Virus record (IMG/VR): IMGVR_UViG_3300042691_048250
Source: an uncultured virus (IMG/VR IMGVR_UViG_3300042691_048250)
Taxonomy: Duplodnaviria > Heunggongvirae > Uroviricota > Caudoviricetes
Length of the DNA: 64,000 nucleotides
Reading direction: 5' to 3' (one strand)
This document shows positions 9,554-19,547 of the stretch, piece after piece; within the stretch, counting starts at the first letter, position 1; each line of letters starts with the position of its first letter. The translations under genes and the position numbers were made by a program. Under the pieces are notes generated by a model. The model saw nothing but the letters and a program-made list of their open reading frames with translations. It did not search any database and was not told the origin of the DNA.

Positions 9554-11250
9554 TGATTTAGATACTCGTCAATTTTTATGCTTTTGACATTGGATTTTTG
9601 ACACATCAAAAACTGGCTACCGTCTCTGTTTTGACGTTCGCCTTGTCCTACTATCACAGAGCCTGAATCATACTTAATGGGCCGATCCACGATAAGGTCC
9701 ACATACTCTCCTTCGCCTACTCCCAGGGTGATGAAGTGAATATATTTTTGTCGATCTCTGCGGAATACCCGGCTGTTGGCCACGATACCAGCAAACTCAA
9801 ACTTATCCAAGTAGAGATTCCTTACTCCCATTCGCGGCAAGAAGCCCGGAGAATTCCAGCAGCCATGCTCCACAAATGACTCCACAGGATCTTCAGTGAT
9901 CCAGTTGTCAAATCCAAGATCGCGCAGGTCCCAGCCTGCTCGCTTGGCTTCGTTGCGATAGACCCAACGAGCATAACTTCCTTGGCAATGCTTGAGTGCG
10001 GCACGCCAGAACTCTCTGGGGTTGTGTGCTTTCTGCCAGGCCAGGGCCCAGATCAAGCGGCCAAGGTTCACAGCATGTGCGCGGCACAGGCCAAAACCTG
10101 ATAAACTCTGCATCTCTTGATAGATGGCGTGTCGATCAGGGTGGTCACCCAGCCGAGCCATGAACTCCATGACCTTTTCTTCGTTGCGCTTGGCAAAGGC
10201 CCGGCGATACATGTCGGCTTCGTAGGCATTTACAGAGATCAGTTTCATGATCTTTTCTATGGCATCGTCTTCGCATACTATGGCCGACTCTTGCACAGTT
10301 TTTTTGGTCCAGTCATGGAAGAACGAAGCCTTTTTACGACCTTCCACGGCCACGGGTCGTACCAAGGCCGTGGCAAACACACAGTCTTCTACAGACGTGG
10401 GCTTGATGGCTCGGAACAGTCGGCGCATGGCCGGGGATTCTCCCTGTGTCACTCCCAAGACATCCCCGCGCTGTAGCAGATCCGCTGTGAGATCATCTTC
10501 CTTGGGATATTCGTGTATCCGGCGGGCGGCATCAATCTCCATGAGTTGGCTGAGCCCACGATTGGCCAGGATGTCTACTTTGAGGTGCTCGAGATCCTCT
10601 ACTTCGTTTTTGTCCAGCAAGATGAGATTGTCATCGCGGAACAGGCTCTGCGGTAACTTGCGATCAAACACTATGACTCCACCGCAGTGCTTGCTCAGGC
10701 AACGTTTCTTGCCCATGAGTTTTTTCTCTATGCGGCGTGCTTCTTCCACATCCACGCCCAGTTTGGCATAGTCTATTTCCTTGGGCAAGCGTCCTCGAGC
10801 GCCCAGGCGCTTGGCTGCTTCGCGCCGGGCCGATTTTTCTTTGTACATCACATAGTTGCTGATGCGAGCAGTCTTGCCGGGCCAGGCATCAAAGATCCTT
10901 TGCATGGCCAACTCTTGTTGGTGGTGTGGCACATCGATGTCCACATCAGGCAGATCGTCTCGGAAGGGATTGAGGAATCGGGCCAGGGGTATGCGCCATT
11001 CTATGGGATCCACATCTGTTATGCCCATGAGATAGCACACCAGGCTGGATCCTGCGGATCCGCGTGTCATGTGTGGTATGTCTTTATTGAGATCTAGGAC
11101 CCTGCGTATCTTGAGGAAATAATCCGTGAATCTCTGGTTGATGATTATGCCAAATTCTTCTGCTAATCTTTCTTGGTAGTCCAGTGTGTCCGGACAGGAC
11201 CTGCGGAATTCTGCTAACAATTCCTCGATCTGCTGTAATTCTGTCGCCAT
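9550..11250 (-). CDS. dnaE: DnaE-like C-family DNA polymerase lacking the PHP domain
   Basis: RGSAGSSLVCYLMGITDVDP, PDVDID, KHCGG, KVDIL, GFGLCRAHA. Confidence 0.85.
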   Translation of the reverse strand: MATELQQIEELLAEFRRSCPDTLDYQERLAEEFGIIINQRFTDYFLKIRRVLDLNKDIPHMTRGSAGSSLVCYLMGITDVDPIEWRIPLARFLNPFRDDLPDVDIDVPHHQQELAMQRIFDAWPGKTARISNYVMYKEKSARREAAKRLGARGRLPKEIDYAKLGVDVEEARRIEKKLMGKKRCLSKHCGGVIVFDRKLPQSLFRDDNLILLDKNEVEDLEHLKVDILANRGLSQLMEIDAARRIHEYPKEDDLTADLLQRGDVLGVTQGESPAMRRLFRAIKPTSVEDCVFATALVRPVAVEGRKKASFFHDWTKKTVQESAIVCEDDAIEKIMKLISVNAYEADMYRRAFAKRNEEKVMEFMARLGDHPDRHAIYQEMQSLSGFGLCRAHAVNLGRLIWALAWQKAHNPREFWRAALKHCQGSYARWVYRNEAKRAGWDLRDLGFDNWITEDPVESFVEHGCWNSPGFLPRMGVRNLYLDKFEFAGIVANSRVFRRDRQKYIHFITLGVGEGEYVDLIVDRPIKYDSGSVIVGQGERQNRDGSQFLMCQKSNVKSIKIDEYLNQ

Positions 11251-11335
11251 AATGTATGCCTTTAAATATGCCTGTGTGATATTTACGGTAGTTGGAATCG
11301 GTCACCACAATAAATAATAAAAAGGTCCAGGCAAC

Positions 11336-11593
11336 ATGCAGAAAAAAACCCGTAGCATATTAGAAGAATTGGATTCCATTTACCAGGAACGGCATGCTGA
11401 AAAGGATCGTCGCTACATCATCGAGAGCCGGGCCAACAATGTTATCGCTTCTGCTGTGCGTCTTGTGGAGCAGATCGAAGAGAGCTATCCCCCGGATCAA
11501 GCAGAAAACCTGGTACGCAAATTGTTGAATGCTATACGTTCCAAAGACGCAGGAAAATTTACACGATCAGTGAGACGCACAGATGCAGATTAA
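11336..11593 (+). CDS. Hypothetical late protein
   Basis: 85 aa ORF; TAAATA at 11311. Confidence 0.7.
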   Translation: MQKKTRSILEELDSIYQERHAEKDRRYIIESRANNVIASAVRLVEQIEESYPPDQAENLVRKLLNAIRSKDAGKFTRSVRRTDAD

Positions 11594-13457
11594 CGAAGGC
11601 GGCAACGTATTCAAGGACGATCAAGGGCAGCCGCTTACACGCCGGATCCTACAGCCAGAAATAGGTCCCACAGTAGACTGGTTAGAACAGGTCACGGGCC
11701 TGGATTTCAGCACGGAAAAAGATCCCATCGACCAATTGCCCTCGCGTTGGTTAGGTAGCACAGGACGCAAAGAAAGCAGTGGCGACCTTGACCTGCAGAT
11801 TGATGCCAATGAAATCAGCAAGGCCGAGTTAGAAGGTAGGCTGGCTGACTGGGCCACAAAAAACAAAGTTGACCCCCGGAAATACATCCGTAAATCCGGC
11901 AGCGCGGTGCATTTTTTCACGGCTATCAGCGGCAATCCCAGCAACGGTTTCGTGCAGACCGATTTTATGTTTGCCAACAAGCCTCGCTGGAACCAGTTCA
12001 TCCTGCGCAGTGATCCCAAAAGCCAGTACAAAGGCGCCCTGCGCAACATCATGATAAACTCCATGGCCAAAAGCCTGGGCTACAAACTCAATCAAAACGA
12101 CGGCATCGCACAGAGATCCGACAATGAAATAGTGACTGATGATCCTGATGTTGTGGCCAAGATGTTGCTAAACCCTACAGCCTCTGCCAAGGATTTATAT
12201 TCGGTAGAAAGCATACTAAAATCTCTCAAGATGGATCCCAAGCGCGAAGAAAAAATAGCAGATTTCCGGGCCCATATGCAAAGAGAAGGTCTGCCCTTTG
12301 ATGAAACCTTGGAGGAAAGCGAAGTCAATTTCTTGGCTCGTTTGAGAGACCGCATAGTGAATCAAGGCATGATTGCCATATTTGAAGGTGTGCGCATAGA
12401 ACATCCTGAGGACATGGTCTTGGACGGCGGCAGCCGGGGATTAAAGGCCGCGTTACAAGGCATCATGTCTGCAGCCAAACAGCCCGGTGATACCACGGTC
12501 AAGTGGGATGGTCGCCCAGCCATAATATTTGGTCGCAAGCCCACGGGTGAATTCGTTCTCACAGACAAATCCGGCTTCCTGGCCAAGGGCTATGATGGCT
12601 TGGCCACCAGTCCTGAACAGATTGAGCGCATCATGGCCGCTCGTGGCGGTGAGCGCGGCGAACTGGTGGATCTGTATCGTAGATTGTTTCCTTTGTTGCG
12701 TCGTGCAGTGCCACAGGATTTCCGTGGCTATGTGCAAGGTGATTTGTTGTATGCATCACAGCCTGAGATAAAGAATGATGCCTATGAGTTCCAACCCAAC
12801 ACCGTGAAATATCGTGTGCCAGTAGATTCGGCCCTGGGGCAAAAAATTGGCAACAGTGAAGTGGGCATAGTGGTTCATACCCAGTTGGCTGCTCCTGGTG
12901 CTCCAGCCACACCCATCAAGGCCACACAGTTGGCTGACGTGCCGGGACTGTTGATCCTGGATCCCAGCCTTAAAGAAACCGGGCAGATACGTCTCAATGA
13001 TCGCACAATCAAAGACGTGCAACGCATAATTTCGAGCTACGGTGCTGCCATAGACCAACTGTTCAATCCGGCCGAACTACGGGCTCGCAAGATCACAGAC
13101 CTGCCTGCGCTGATAAAACAATACATCAACAGCCGCGTGCGTTCAGGATCCTATGACAATCTCATCCAGGGGTTTGGCGAGTGGGTCAAACGCCAGGCTC
13201 CGGCCAAGGCCCCACGCATATTCCAATGGGCCACAGAAAACAAACAGGCCATGGCTGCTGTGTTCCAGGCATTCTTGGATATCAGCAGCCTCAAAAACGA
13301 ACTGGTACGTCAGTTAGATGCCCAAGGACAAGACGTGCAGGCCTCGGTGAACGACGAGCCTGGGCATGAAGGCTATGTCGGACAGGGCATGAAGTTCGTG
13401 GATCGCATGCGATTTTCAGCAGCTAACTTCGCTAAAAACAATCCAGAATTAGCATAG
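11583..13457 (+). CDS. Two-domain protein: Pol-beta-type nucleotidyltransferase-like domain plus KWDG (DUF6267/ligase-like) domain
   Basis: LGSTG...GDLD...QTDF; IEHPED...KWDGRPAIIFG...QGDLLY. Confidence 0.6.
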   Translation: MQINEGGNVFKDDQGQPLTRRILQPEIGPTVDWLEQVTGLDFSTEKDPIDQLPSRWLGSTGRKESSGDLDLQIDANEISKAELEGRLADWATKNKVDPRKYIRKSGSAVHFFTAISGNPSNGFVQTDFMFANKPRWNQFILRSDPKSQYKGALRNIMINSMAKSLGYKLNQNDGIAQRSDNEIVTDDPDVVAKMLLNPTASAKDLYSVESILKSLKMDPKREEKIADFRAHMQREGLPFDETLEESEVNFLARLRDRIVNQGMIAIFEGVRIEHPEDMVLDGGSRGLKAALQGIMSAAKQPGDTTVKWDGRPAIIFGRKPTGEFVLTDKSGFLAKGYDGLATSPEQIERIMAARGGERGELVDLYRRLFPLLRRAVPQDFRGYVQGDLLYASQPEIKNDAYEFQPNTVKYRVPVDSALGQKIGNSEVGIVVHTQLAAPGAPATPIKATQLADVPGLLILDPSLKETGQIRLNDRTIKDVQRIISSYGAAIDQLFNPAELRARKITDLPALIKQYINSRVRSGSYDNLIQGFGEWVKRQAPAKAPRIFQWATENKQAMAAVFQAFLDISSLKNELVRQLDAQGQDVQASVNDEPGHEGYVGQGMKFVDRMRFSAANFAKNNPELA

Positions 13458-13528
13458 CAGATACCATTTTTATCCAATCTGGTAAATAAAAGTAGGCCCG
13501 CCAAAGGCCAAACATTAGGAGAAATATC

Positions 13529-13918
13529 ATGGCAACAGTAACACGCACATCTGGTGATTTTAAGCCAGTAATGAACCAGGACACACCGTCCTATACCTTT
13601 ACAGCGATCAATGCTGTTACATCCGGTGCTTCAGTCAACGTACAAGGTCCTAAACTGGACTTCGGTACAGTGACATTCACTGGTATCGCTACACCTGCCA
13701 ACGCTGACATCCTGACAGCAATGGAAACCATCCAGCAAAAAGCCACAGTGGCTATCTATGAGTTCACCGAAGTTGGTGGCAACACAGACACGCTGGGCTT
13801 GGCGATCTACCCCACTGGCGCTTGGGATTTTACCAACGGTGGCGATCTTGACGTAGCATTGACAGCAGCTCTTGGTTACGCAGTGACCACAGCCGCAACA
13901 GCAACATTCACAAACTAA
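13529..13918 (+). CDS. Small abundant virion protein (putative)
   Basis: TAAATA late promoter, AGGAG SD, own terminator, T/A-rich sequence. Confidence 0.65.
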   Translation: MATVTRTSGDFKPVMNQDTPSYTFTAINAVTSGASVNVQGPKLDFGTVTFTGIATPANADILTAMETIQQKATVAIYEFTEVGGNTDTLGLAIYPTGAWDFTNGGDLDVALTAALGYAVTTAATATFTN

Positions 13919-13937
13919 TCCATTAGCATGTGAACAC

Positions 13938-13964
13938 AAACCCCGGAACTTCTCCGGGGTTTTT
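13938..13964 (+). terminator. Rho-independent terminator
   Basis: AAACCCCGGA-ACTTC-TCCGGGGTTTTT. Confidence 0.85.
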
Positions 13965-13984
13965 GTTTGGCCGTAAATATCACC

Positions 13985-14608
13985 ATGCAACCCATAGCAT
14001 TGTGGCCCGTGATGTTCTACGATTTCCAATGGTCTGATCATGACCATTGGGTCCAAGATCTCACCAAACTCTGTTATGAATTAGAGGCCAAAAAACACGT
14101 CAGCGGCATAGCAACGCAGGCCAAACGCGGTCTCTACGAAAGCGGATTTGATTTTGTGCAGGATGACTCGCCCGCGGTTCAGGCCTTTGCTACCTGGGTT
14201 CGGCAGTGTTTTTCTCAAGCCATCACGCATGCCAATCAAGCATTTTGGCCCACGGGTTTGAATTTGGATGTTGACATACACGAATCCTGGTGCCATATCA
14301 CCCGAGACGGTGGTTACCATGACTTACATGCCCATCCAGACAGTTCGTGGTCTGCTATCTATTATCTTGACATTGGCGACATGAAGGCTGGGGATAAAAA
14401 TGGGGTCAATAGATTCTACAACCCTAATCATTGCATGTATGTAGATCCCGGCACGGCCTGGATGCAGAACAGCACCAGCACTGATTTCATCGCAGAACCC
14501 GGCATGATGGTGATATTCCCCAGCTGGGTACCACATTCAGCACTGACTTATCGTGGCACACAAGATCGCTTGGTCATTGCACTGAACTGCAAAGTCAGAG
14601 AGGTCTGA
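13985..14608 (+). CDS. 2OG-Fe(II) oxygenase (TIGR02466-like)
   Basis: YHDLHAHP, WSAIYY, IFPSWVPH, RLVIALN. Confidence 0.8.
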   Translation: MQPIALWPVMFYDFQWSDHDHWVQDLTKLCYELEAKKHVSGIATQAKRGLYESGFDFVQDDSPAVQAFATWVRQCFSQAITHANQAFWPTGLNLDVDIHESWCHITRDGGYHDLHAHPDSSWSAIYYLDIGDMKAGDKNGVNRFYNPNHCMYVDPGTAWMQNSTSTDFIAEPGMMVIFPSWVPHSALTYRGTQDRLVIALNCKVREV

Positions 14609-14609
14609 C

Positions 14610-15017
14610 ATGCGAGTAAGATGCAGTACCACTTTTGATATCACCAAGACTGGTGTGCGGCATAACATGAACCGCACCAAGTTTCCTTTCTTAGACCAAG
14701 CCGGTGCTATGATCCGCGATGAAGCGCAATGGACTCGGAGCCGCAATCAACAACGGAACTGGGAGACCTTGATGCAGATCATCAGTCTGCGAACATTGCC
14801 GGAAAACATTTCAACCCCACAGCGCGATCAGGATTCTTGGTCATTTGAGTTCGACGTGCCCACACCAGGCAGCGTGGCCAACATCGCAGGTCCTCTGGGA
14901 CAGTTGGCCGAAGATTGCCAGGATGTTCCCATGATAGTAGGCCTGGATGAAACTGCTGGATCATCCCCATGCCTTGCCCCAGGGAGCAATGTATTTTTTA
15001 CCGTGGTTGATCCATAA
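14610..15017 (+). CDS. Hypothetical protein
   Basis: 135 aa ORF in operon. Confidence 0.65.
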   Translation: MRVRCSTTFDITKTGVRHNMNRTKFPFLDQAGAMIRDEAQWTRSRNQQRNWETLMQIISLRTLPENISTPQRDQDSWSFEFDVPTPGSVANIAGPLGQLAEDCQDVPMIVGLDETAGSSPCLAPGSNVFFTVVDP

Positions 15018-15024
15018 ATATACC

Positions 15025-15288
15025 ATGTCCGAAACTACCGAAATCGAAAAAAAGAGCCTGGAAGCACACGTAGAATTGTGTGCAGAACGCTATCGTTTCT
15101 TGGAAAACAAACTGGAGACTGTGGAAGGAAAAATACAGGATCTAAACAACGTGATACGAGAGGTCCATGACATGGTACAGGCCATGGCGGAAAAACGCAC
15201 CGATCAGATCATAGCCTGGGGCATGGGATTCATCACTGTGCTGGTAGGCACACTTGGTTACCTTTTGGCTATATACGTAATCAAATGA
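15025..15288 (+). CDS. Coiled-coil protein with C-terminal TM helix
   Basis: Heptads then hydrophobic tail; TAAATA 4 nt upstream of ATG. Confidence 0.65.
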   Translation: MSETTEIEKKSLEAHVELCAERYRFLENKLETVEGKIQDLNNVIREVHDMVQAMAEKRTDQIIAWGMGFITVLVGTLGYLLAIYVIK

Positions 15289-15785
15289 ACGAACAGATCT
15301 TAGACCGCCTGAAAGACATGGTGGCCATGGACATTGAACAATTGGCTAAAAATGCCATTTTGCCCGATGGTCCGGGTTACAACGTTTTTGAAATATACAG
15401 CATCCAGCCTACACAAGGACTTTGGAATGTGAGCCGACGAGGCATTGAAATATCTGTGATGACTTCGCTGAAATCTGCTTTGAGTTGGTGCATTGCCGAC
15501 AAATATCACCAGACACGTTTGAGCACTGACATTATCGCGCTAGATCAACAATGCCGTTTGACCCAGAGCGACATTTTCGTGAGATCTTCATTGCAAAAGA
15601 AAATACGAGATCGCGATCACAAAGAAGCAGTGAACATGAAAATTTATACCCGCCAACTCCGCTTGAAGTCGCTGTCCAAGCGGCTGGAAATTTGCGTAAA
15701 TCAGGCTAAATATCTACAAATACGAGGATTCAACAATGAAACTGCAAGATCTGGACGCACGTCGTCCAACAGACCATATCGCTAA
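15285..15785 (+). CDS. Hypothetical protein
   Basis: 166 aa ORF, ATGA overlap. Confidence 0.65.
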   Translation: MNEQILDRLKDMVAMDIEQLAKNAILPDGPGYNVFEIYSIQPTQGLWNVSRRGIEISVMTSLKSALSWCIADKYHQTRLSTDIIALDQQCRLTQSDIFVRSSLQKKIRDRDHKEAVNMKIYTRQLRLKSLSKRLEICVNQAKYLQIRGFNNETARSGRTSSNRPYR

Positions 15786-16602
15786 AACCCTGCGCAGCCA
15801 CATGGGCGACCGCATGGACTTCAATCGTTTGAGCACGGAACAAGCACAAGCATTGTTGAATCGTACCACAGGATTGTTACGCGAGTGGCGTGGCAGCGTG
15901 AGCCGTCATTTTGCTGAACGCAATCCTGATTATCTGCGCTTGATCATGGTAGAACAGGCATTGAAAAACGTTATCGAACAAGCACCTGCATCTGCAGCTG
16001 GCATAGGCGATGTGGCCAAACAGGCTGCCTTGCAGACAGCCCAAGTGGCCCAGAAAAAGCGCGAAATCCAGGATCAGATCAAAGAAAAACAGCGCGAGAT
16101 CTCCGAACTCCAGCGTGCCATGAACAATCCTACCATGATGGCAGAGAACAATAAAAAGCGTAGTCGCCGTCTCCGTGAAGCCAGCGAACTACAACAAGCA
16201 CAGGTAGTGTTGGCCAGCCAAGACATGATCGATCGAGTGCAGGGCATGATGGAGGACATTTCTGAGATGCAGTTCAAGGATCTCCCTGCTTTGACAGATT
16301 CTATAAAAAATGACATGGGCGTGGAACAAGCATCGCAGTTCCAAAGCCAGGCAGCGGCGGCACTGACTAACTTGCTGGCAGCTGTGCAAGCAGGCAAGAC
16401 CGAACTGGAATCAGCACAAGGTGTGCTCACAGGCCAGGCTCCGCAGGTACCCGGCGCAGATCAAAGCATGGCACCAGCACAGCCCGCCGCTGAGCCAGCA
16501 GGCGGAGAAGTAGATGCTGATCTGTCCTTGGATGCTAACTTGCCCGCTGAAGAGCCCGAAGAAGAAACACCAGCGACCAGTCTGGGCCGTGAACGCAGAT
16601 GA
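15736..16602 (+). CDS. Putative head scaffold/core-like protein
   Basis: Coiled-coil, acidic P/A/E-rich tail ending LGRERR. Confidence 0.5.
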   Translation: MKLQDLDARRPTDHIAKTLRSHMGDRMDFNRLSTEQAQALLNRTTGLLREWRGSVSRHFAERNPDYLRLIMVEQALKNVIEQAPASAAGIGDVAKQAALQTAQVAQKKREIQDQIKEKQREISELQRAMNNPTMMAENNKKRSRRLREASELQQAQVVLASQDMIDRVQGMMEDISEMQFKDLPALTDSIKNDMGVEQASQFQSQAAAALTNLLAAVQAGKTELESAQGVLTGQAPQVPGADQSMAPAQPAAEPAGGEVDADLSLDANLPAEEPEEETPATSLGRERR

Positions 16603-16949
16603 TCATCCGAGAAGTAGCTGCAAATCCCGATGAAGAGAAACTGGCTGCCATCAGCCAGTTTTTGCTTGGCCGCATTCAAGATACTGATAGTCAGAAAAAA
16701 ATAATCAGCTATCGCACCTTTGCCAATTTGGCACAGGGCCAGAGGATCAGCCTTACGCCCGGCTTGCTCAAGCAGATGAGCCAACGACCACCACTCAATG
16801 CTTTTATCAACGATGTCGAAGGCGATGATCCTGACACTGCCACTGTGGTGTTCCAGGGCGCAGAACAGACCCCTCCCGAAATGTCCGTTGACCAAGCACG
16901 CCAAACCGTGGACAGCATGGCCAAACGAGCAACCAAACGAGCCATTTAG
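16599..16949 (+). CDS. Hypothetical (possible internal head) protein
   Basis: MIIRE N-terminus, late cluster. Confidence 0.55.
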   Translation: MIIREVAANPDEEKLAAISQFLLGRIQDTDSQKKIISYRTFANLAQGQRISLTPGLLKQMSQRPPLNAFINDVEGDDPDTATVVFQGAEQTPPEMSVDQARQTVDSMAKRATKRAI

Positions 16950-16950
16950 A

Positions 16951-16979
16951 TTGACCTTGATCCTGGCATAGTCTATACT
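16951..16979 (+). promoter_or_regulatory. sigma70-type promoter of the oxygenase-iscU-iscA operon
   Basis: TTGACC-17 nt-TATACT; ATG 6 nt downstream. Confidence 0.65.
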
Positions 16980-16985
16980 TGACAC

Positions 16986-17582
16986 ATGCAGATCGAAATA
17001 AAACATCACCAACTGCCCAATCTTGGCTTCATAATGTTCGACATCCCTCCGGTGGCTCTGTCCTATCTTGACAAGGTGTGCGCAGACATCCAAGCCAACC
17101 CTGATCAATACAAACCCTGGAACGATCATCTCGTGGGGCATATTCAAGATCAATACAGTTTTGATCCATCACCCGAGTTCCGTGAATTCATTCAGCAAGT
17201 GGCTGCTCAATATACTTCGGCCAGCACCGTGACACGGCCAAAACCCTTTGAGTTAGACAGCGTTTGGGCCAACTTCCAAAAGCGGCATGAATACAATCCA
17301 TCTCATGATCATGATGGTGATCTCAGTTTCGTGATCTGGGTGCAGATACCCTACGATCTCAAAGAAGAATTGGCGGTGTATCCAGATGCTCGCGGACAGA
17401 GGCACAGTTGTTTCGAATTCAAATACACCACGATCTTGGGCAAGGTCTGTACCTATACCTTGCCAGTAGATCAAGACTGGCGTGGCAAGATGATCATGTT
17501 TCCTGGCAAACTGGTACATCAGGTAAATCCTTTTACCACAACGGATGGCATCAGGATATCAGTCAGTGGCAATCTAATATAA
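16986..17582 (+). CDS. 2OG-Fe(II) oxygenase
   Basis: WANFQ..HEYNPSHDH, FPGKLVHQV, RISVSGN. Confidence 0.8.
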   Translation: MQIEIKHHQLPNLGFIMFDIPPVALSYLDKVCADIQANPDQYKPWNDHLVGHIQDQYSFDPSPEFREFIQQVAAQYTSASTVTRPKPFELDSVWANFQKRHEYNPSHDHDGDLSFVIWVQIPYDLKEELAVYPDARGQRHSCFEFKYTTILGKVCTYTLPVDQDWRGKMIMFPGKLVHQVNPFTTTDGIRISVSGNLI

Positions 17583-17606
17583 GTACAACAGTAGGAGGTA
17601 CCCAAC

Positions 17607-17999
17607 ATGGCTTATAGTGAAAAAGTATTAGATCACTACGAGCATCCCCGCAACGTAGGATCATTTGACAAGGCAGACACGCAAGTGGGCACCGGCATGG
17701 TCGGTGCTCCTGCCTGCGGTGATGTGATGAAATTGCAAATAAAGGTAGATGATGATACAGGTATTATTACAGACGCTCGCTTTAAAACGTATGGCTGCGG
17801 CTCGGCGATCGCAAGCTCAAGCCTTGTCACCGAATGGGTCAAAGGAAAAACCCTCGACCAAGCCGCAACAATCCGAAACACTCAAATCGCCCAAGAGTTA
17901 GCACTTCCACCGGTCAAGATACACTGTTCGATCTTGGCCGAAGATGCTATTAAAGCCGCCATAGAAGATTATCGTAAAAAACATGCTGTCACTGACTGA
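17607..17999 (+). CDS. iscU: Fe-S cluster scaffold IscU
   Basis: YSEKVLDHY, GAPACGDVM, KTYGCGSAIASSS, LPPVKIHCSILAEDA. Confidence 0.97.
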   Translation: MAYSEKVLDHYEHPRNVGSFDKADTQVGTGMVGAPACGDVMKLQIKVDDDTGIITDARFKTYGCGSAIASSSLVTEWVKGKTLDQAATIRNTQIAQELALPPVKIHCSILAEDAIKAAIEDYRKKHAVTD

Positions 18000-18312
18000 T
18001 GAAGCAGCCTGCCGGGTCAAAGACAACATCGCACGTCGTGGTCGCGGTATAGGCATAAAGATTGGTGTGCGCACCACAGGGTGTTCGGGATTGGCTTACA
18101 CCTTGGAATATGTAGATACCGAGCAAGGTAGGGAACACTGTATGGCACACTATGACGTCAACGGTGTACGTGTGTACATAGATCCTAAACATCGCCCTTA
18201 CCTCGAAGGCATGACCATGGCCTGGGTCAAGAAAGGACTCAACGAAGGATTTGATTTCATCAACCCCAATGAACGCGACCGTTGTGGTTGCGGAGAAAGT
18301 TTTAGAATTTGA
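17983..18312 (+). CDS. iscA: Fe-S carrier IscA
   Basis: TTGCSGLAY, NPN..RCGCGESF. Confidence 0.95.
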   Translation: MLSLTDEAACRVKDNIARRGRGIGIKIGVRTTGCSGLAYTLEYVDTEQGREHCMAHYDVNGVRVYIDPKHRPYLEGMTMAWVKKGLNEGFDFINPNERDRCGCGESFRI

Positions 18313-19022
18313 TCAATCACCGATTTGATTACCAGCCGTTGCATCGCGCAACCGAAGATGGTCGCCGACTCTATGCCACACCTGATGGCCAAAGATTGCC
18401 CAGTGTTACAACGATCTTAGATCGTACCAAGCCCGAAGAAAGCCGTAGAGCCTTGAACGAGTGGAAAAAACGTGTGGGCACCGAGCGTGCCCAGGCCATT
18501 ACCACAGAAGCAGCCAATCGCGGCACCAGGATGCACACCTACCTGGAGCACTATGTCAAGACCGGCGAGATAAAGCCAGCTGGTACCAATCCCTATGCCT
18601 GGGCCAGCCATGCCATGGCCATGACCGTGATCGATCAAGGACTTAAAAATGTTGAAGAATTCTGGGGTGTGGAAGTGCCTTTGTATTTTCCTGGCCTGTA
18701 TGCTGGAACCACAGATGGCTGTGGCATACACCTGGGTGAAGAATCCATCTTGGACTACAAGCAGACCAACAAACCCAAACGCGAAGAGTGGATCGACGAT
18801 TACAAACTACAGCTGGTGGCCTATGCCCTGGCGCATAACGAAGTGCATGGAACAAAAATACGCAAAGGTGTGATCTTGATGTGTGTCAAACCCGAAGTGG
18901 ATGCGCAGTTCAACATCGTCAAGCCTCCGGAATATCAAGAATTCATGCTCCGTCCTGATGAATTTGATCATTGGGAGCAAGAATGGTGGAAACGACTTGA
19001 GTTATACTACCTGTCGTCTTGA
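18309..19022 (+). CDS. PD-(D/E)XK exonuclease
   Basis: LPSVTTIL, RGTRMH, E..L....YAGTTD, LDYKQ, QLVAY. Confidence 0.85.
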   Translation: MINHRFDYQPLHRATEDGRRLYATPDGQRLPSVTTILDRTKPEESRRALNEWKKRVGTERAQAITTEAANRGTRMHTYLEHYVKTGEIKPAGTNPYAWASHAMAMTVIDQGLKNVEEFWGVEVPLYFPGLYAGTTDGCGIHLGEESILDYKQTNKPKREEWIDDYKLQLVAYALAHNEVHGTKIRKGVILMCVKPEVDAQFNIVKPPEYQEFMLRPDEFDHWEQEWWKRLELYYLSS

Positions 19023-19536
19023 CCCCGAGTTGCACCTCGCTGCCTGGCAAGTGATAGATCAGAAGCCTGGCTGGCGCTACATTGCCATGCACGGTGATCA
19101 TCACTGGCACTGGAATTGGCCAGTTACCACGCTGACCAACACCGCTGGAAATCTTGCATCCATCTGGCTGCCGAACGTGCCGGACCCGATCAAGTGCCTG
19201 GTTCAGCACATGATACAGAACCATAGCGACTTGCGAGCGAACCGTGTGGTAATCAACGGACAGACCCGGGGCATGCACAGCGCACGGCACAGAGACAGCA
19301 TCCGGCCTGGAGCCCGCACTCTGCTGGCCTATCTTAATCCTGTGTGGCAAGAGATCTGGTGCGGTCACACTGTGTTTTTCCAAGGAGACCAAGAAATCTG
19401 CAGGGTGTTGCCCGAACCGGGCTTGATGCTGGATTATGACAGCACACAGTACCATCAAGGACTGGGTCCTGAGGTAGATAATGTGCTTAGAGTGACCCTG
19501 AGCGTGCAGATGGTTCCGCTAAATACACGAACTTAA
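18997..19536 (+). CDS. 2OG-Fe(II) oxygenase / prolyl hydroxylase-like (start uncertain)
   Basis: HRD, LAYLNPVW...CGHTVFF, YHQG, RVTL. Confidence 0.7.
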   Translation: MSYTTCRLDPELHLAAWQVIDQKPGWRYIAMHGDHHWHWNWPVTTLTNTAGNLASIWLPNVPDPIKCLVQHMIQNHSDLRANRVVINGQTRGMHSARHRDSIRPGARTLLAYLNPVWQEIWCGHTVFFQGDQEICRVLPEPGLMLDYDSTQYHQGLGPEVDNVLRVTLSVQMVPLNTRT

Positions 19537-19547
19537 CGGATCCAACC

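Noticed and set aside
18309..19022. Cas4 / CRISPR system
   Set aside because: Lacks the four-Cys Fe-S motif; no repeat-spacer array or other cas genes seen
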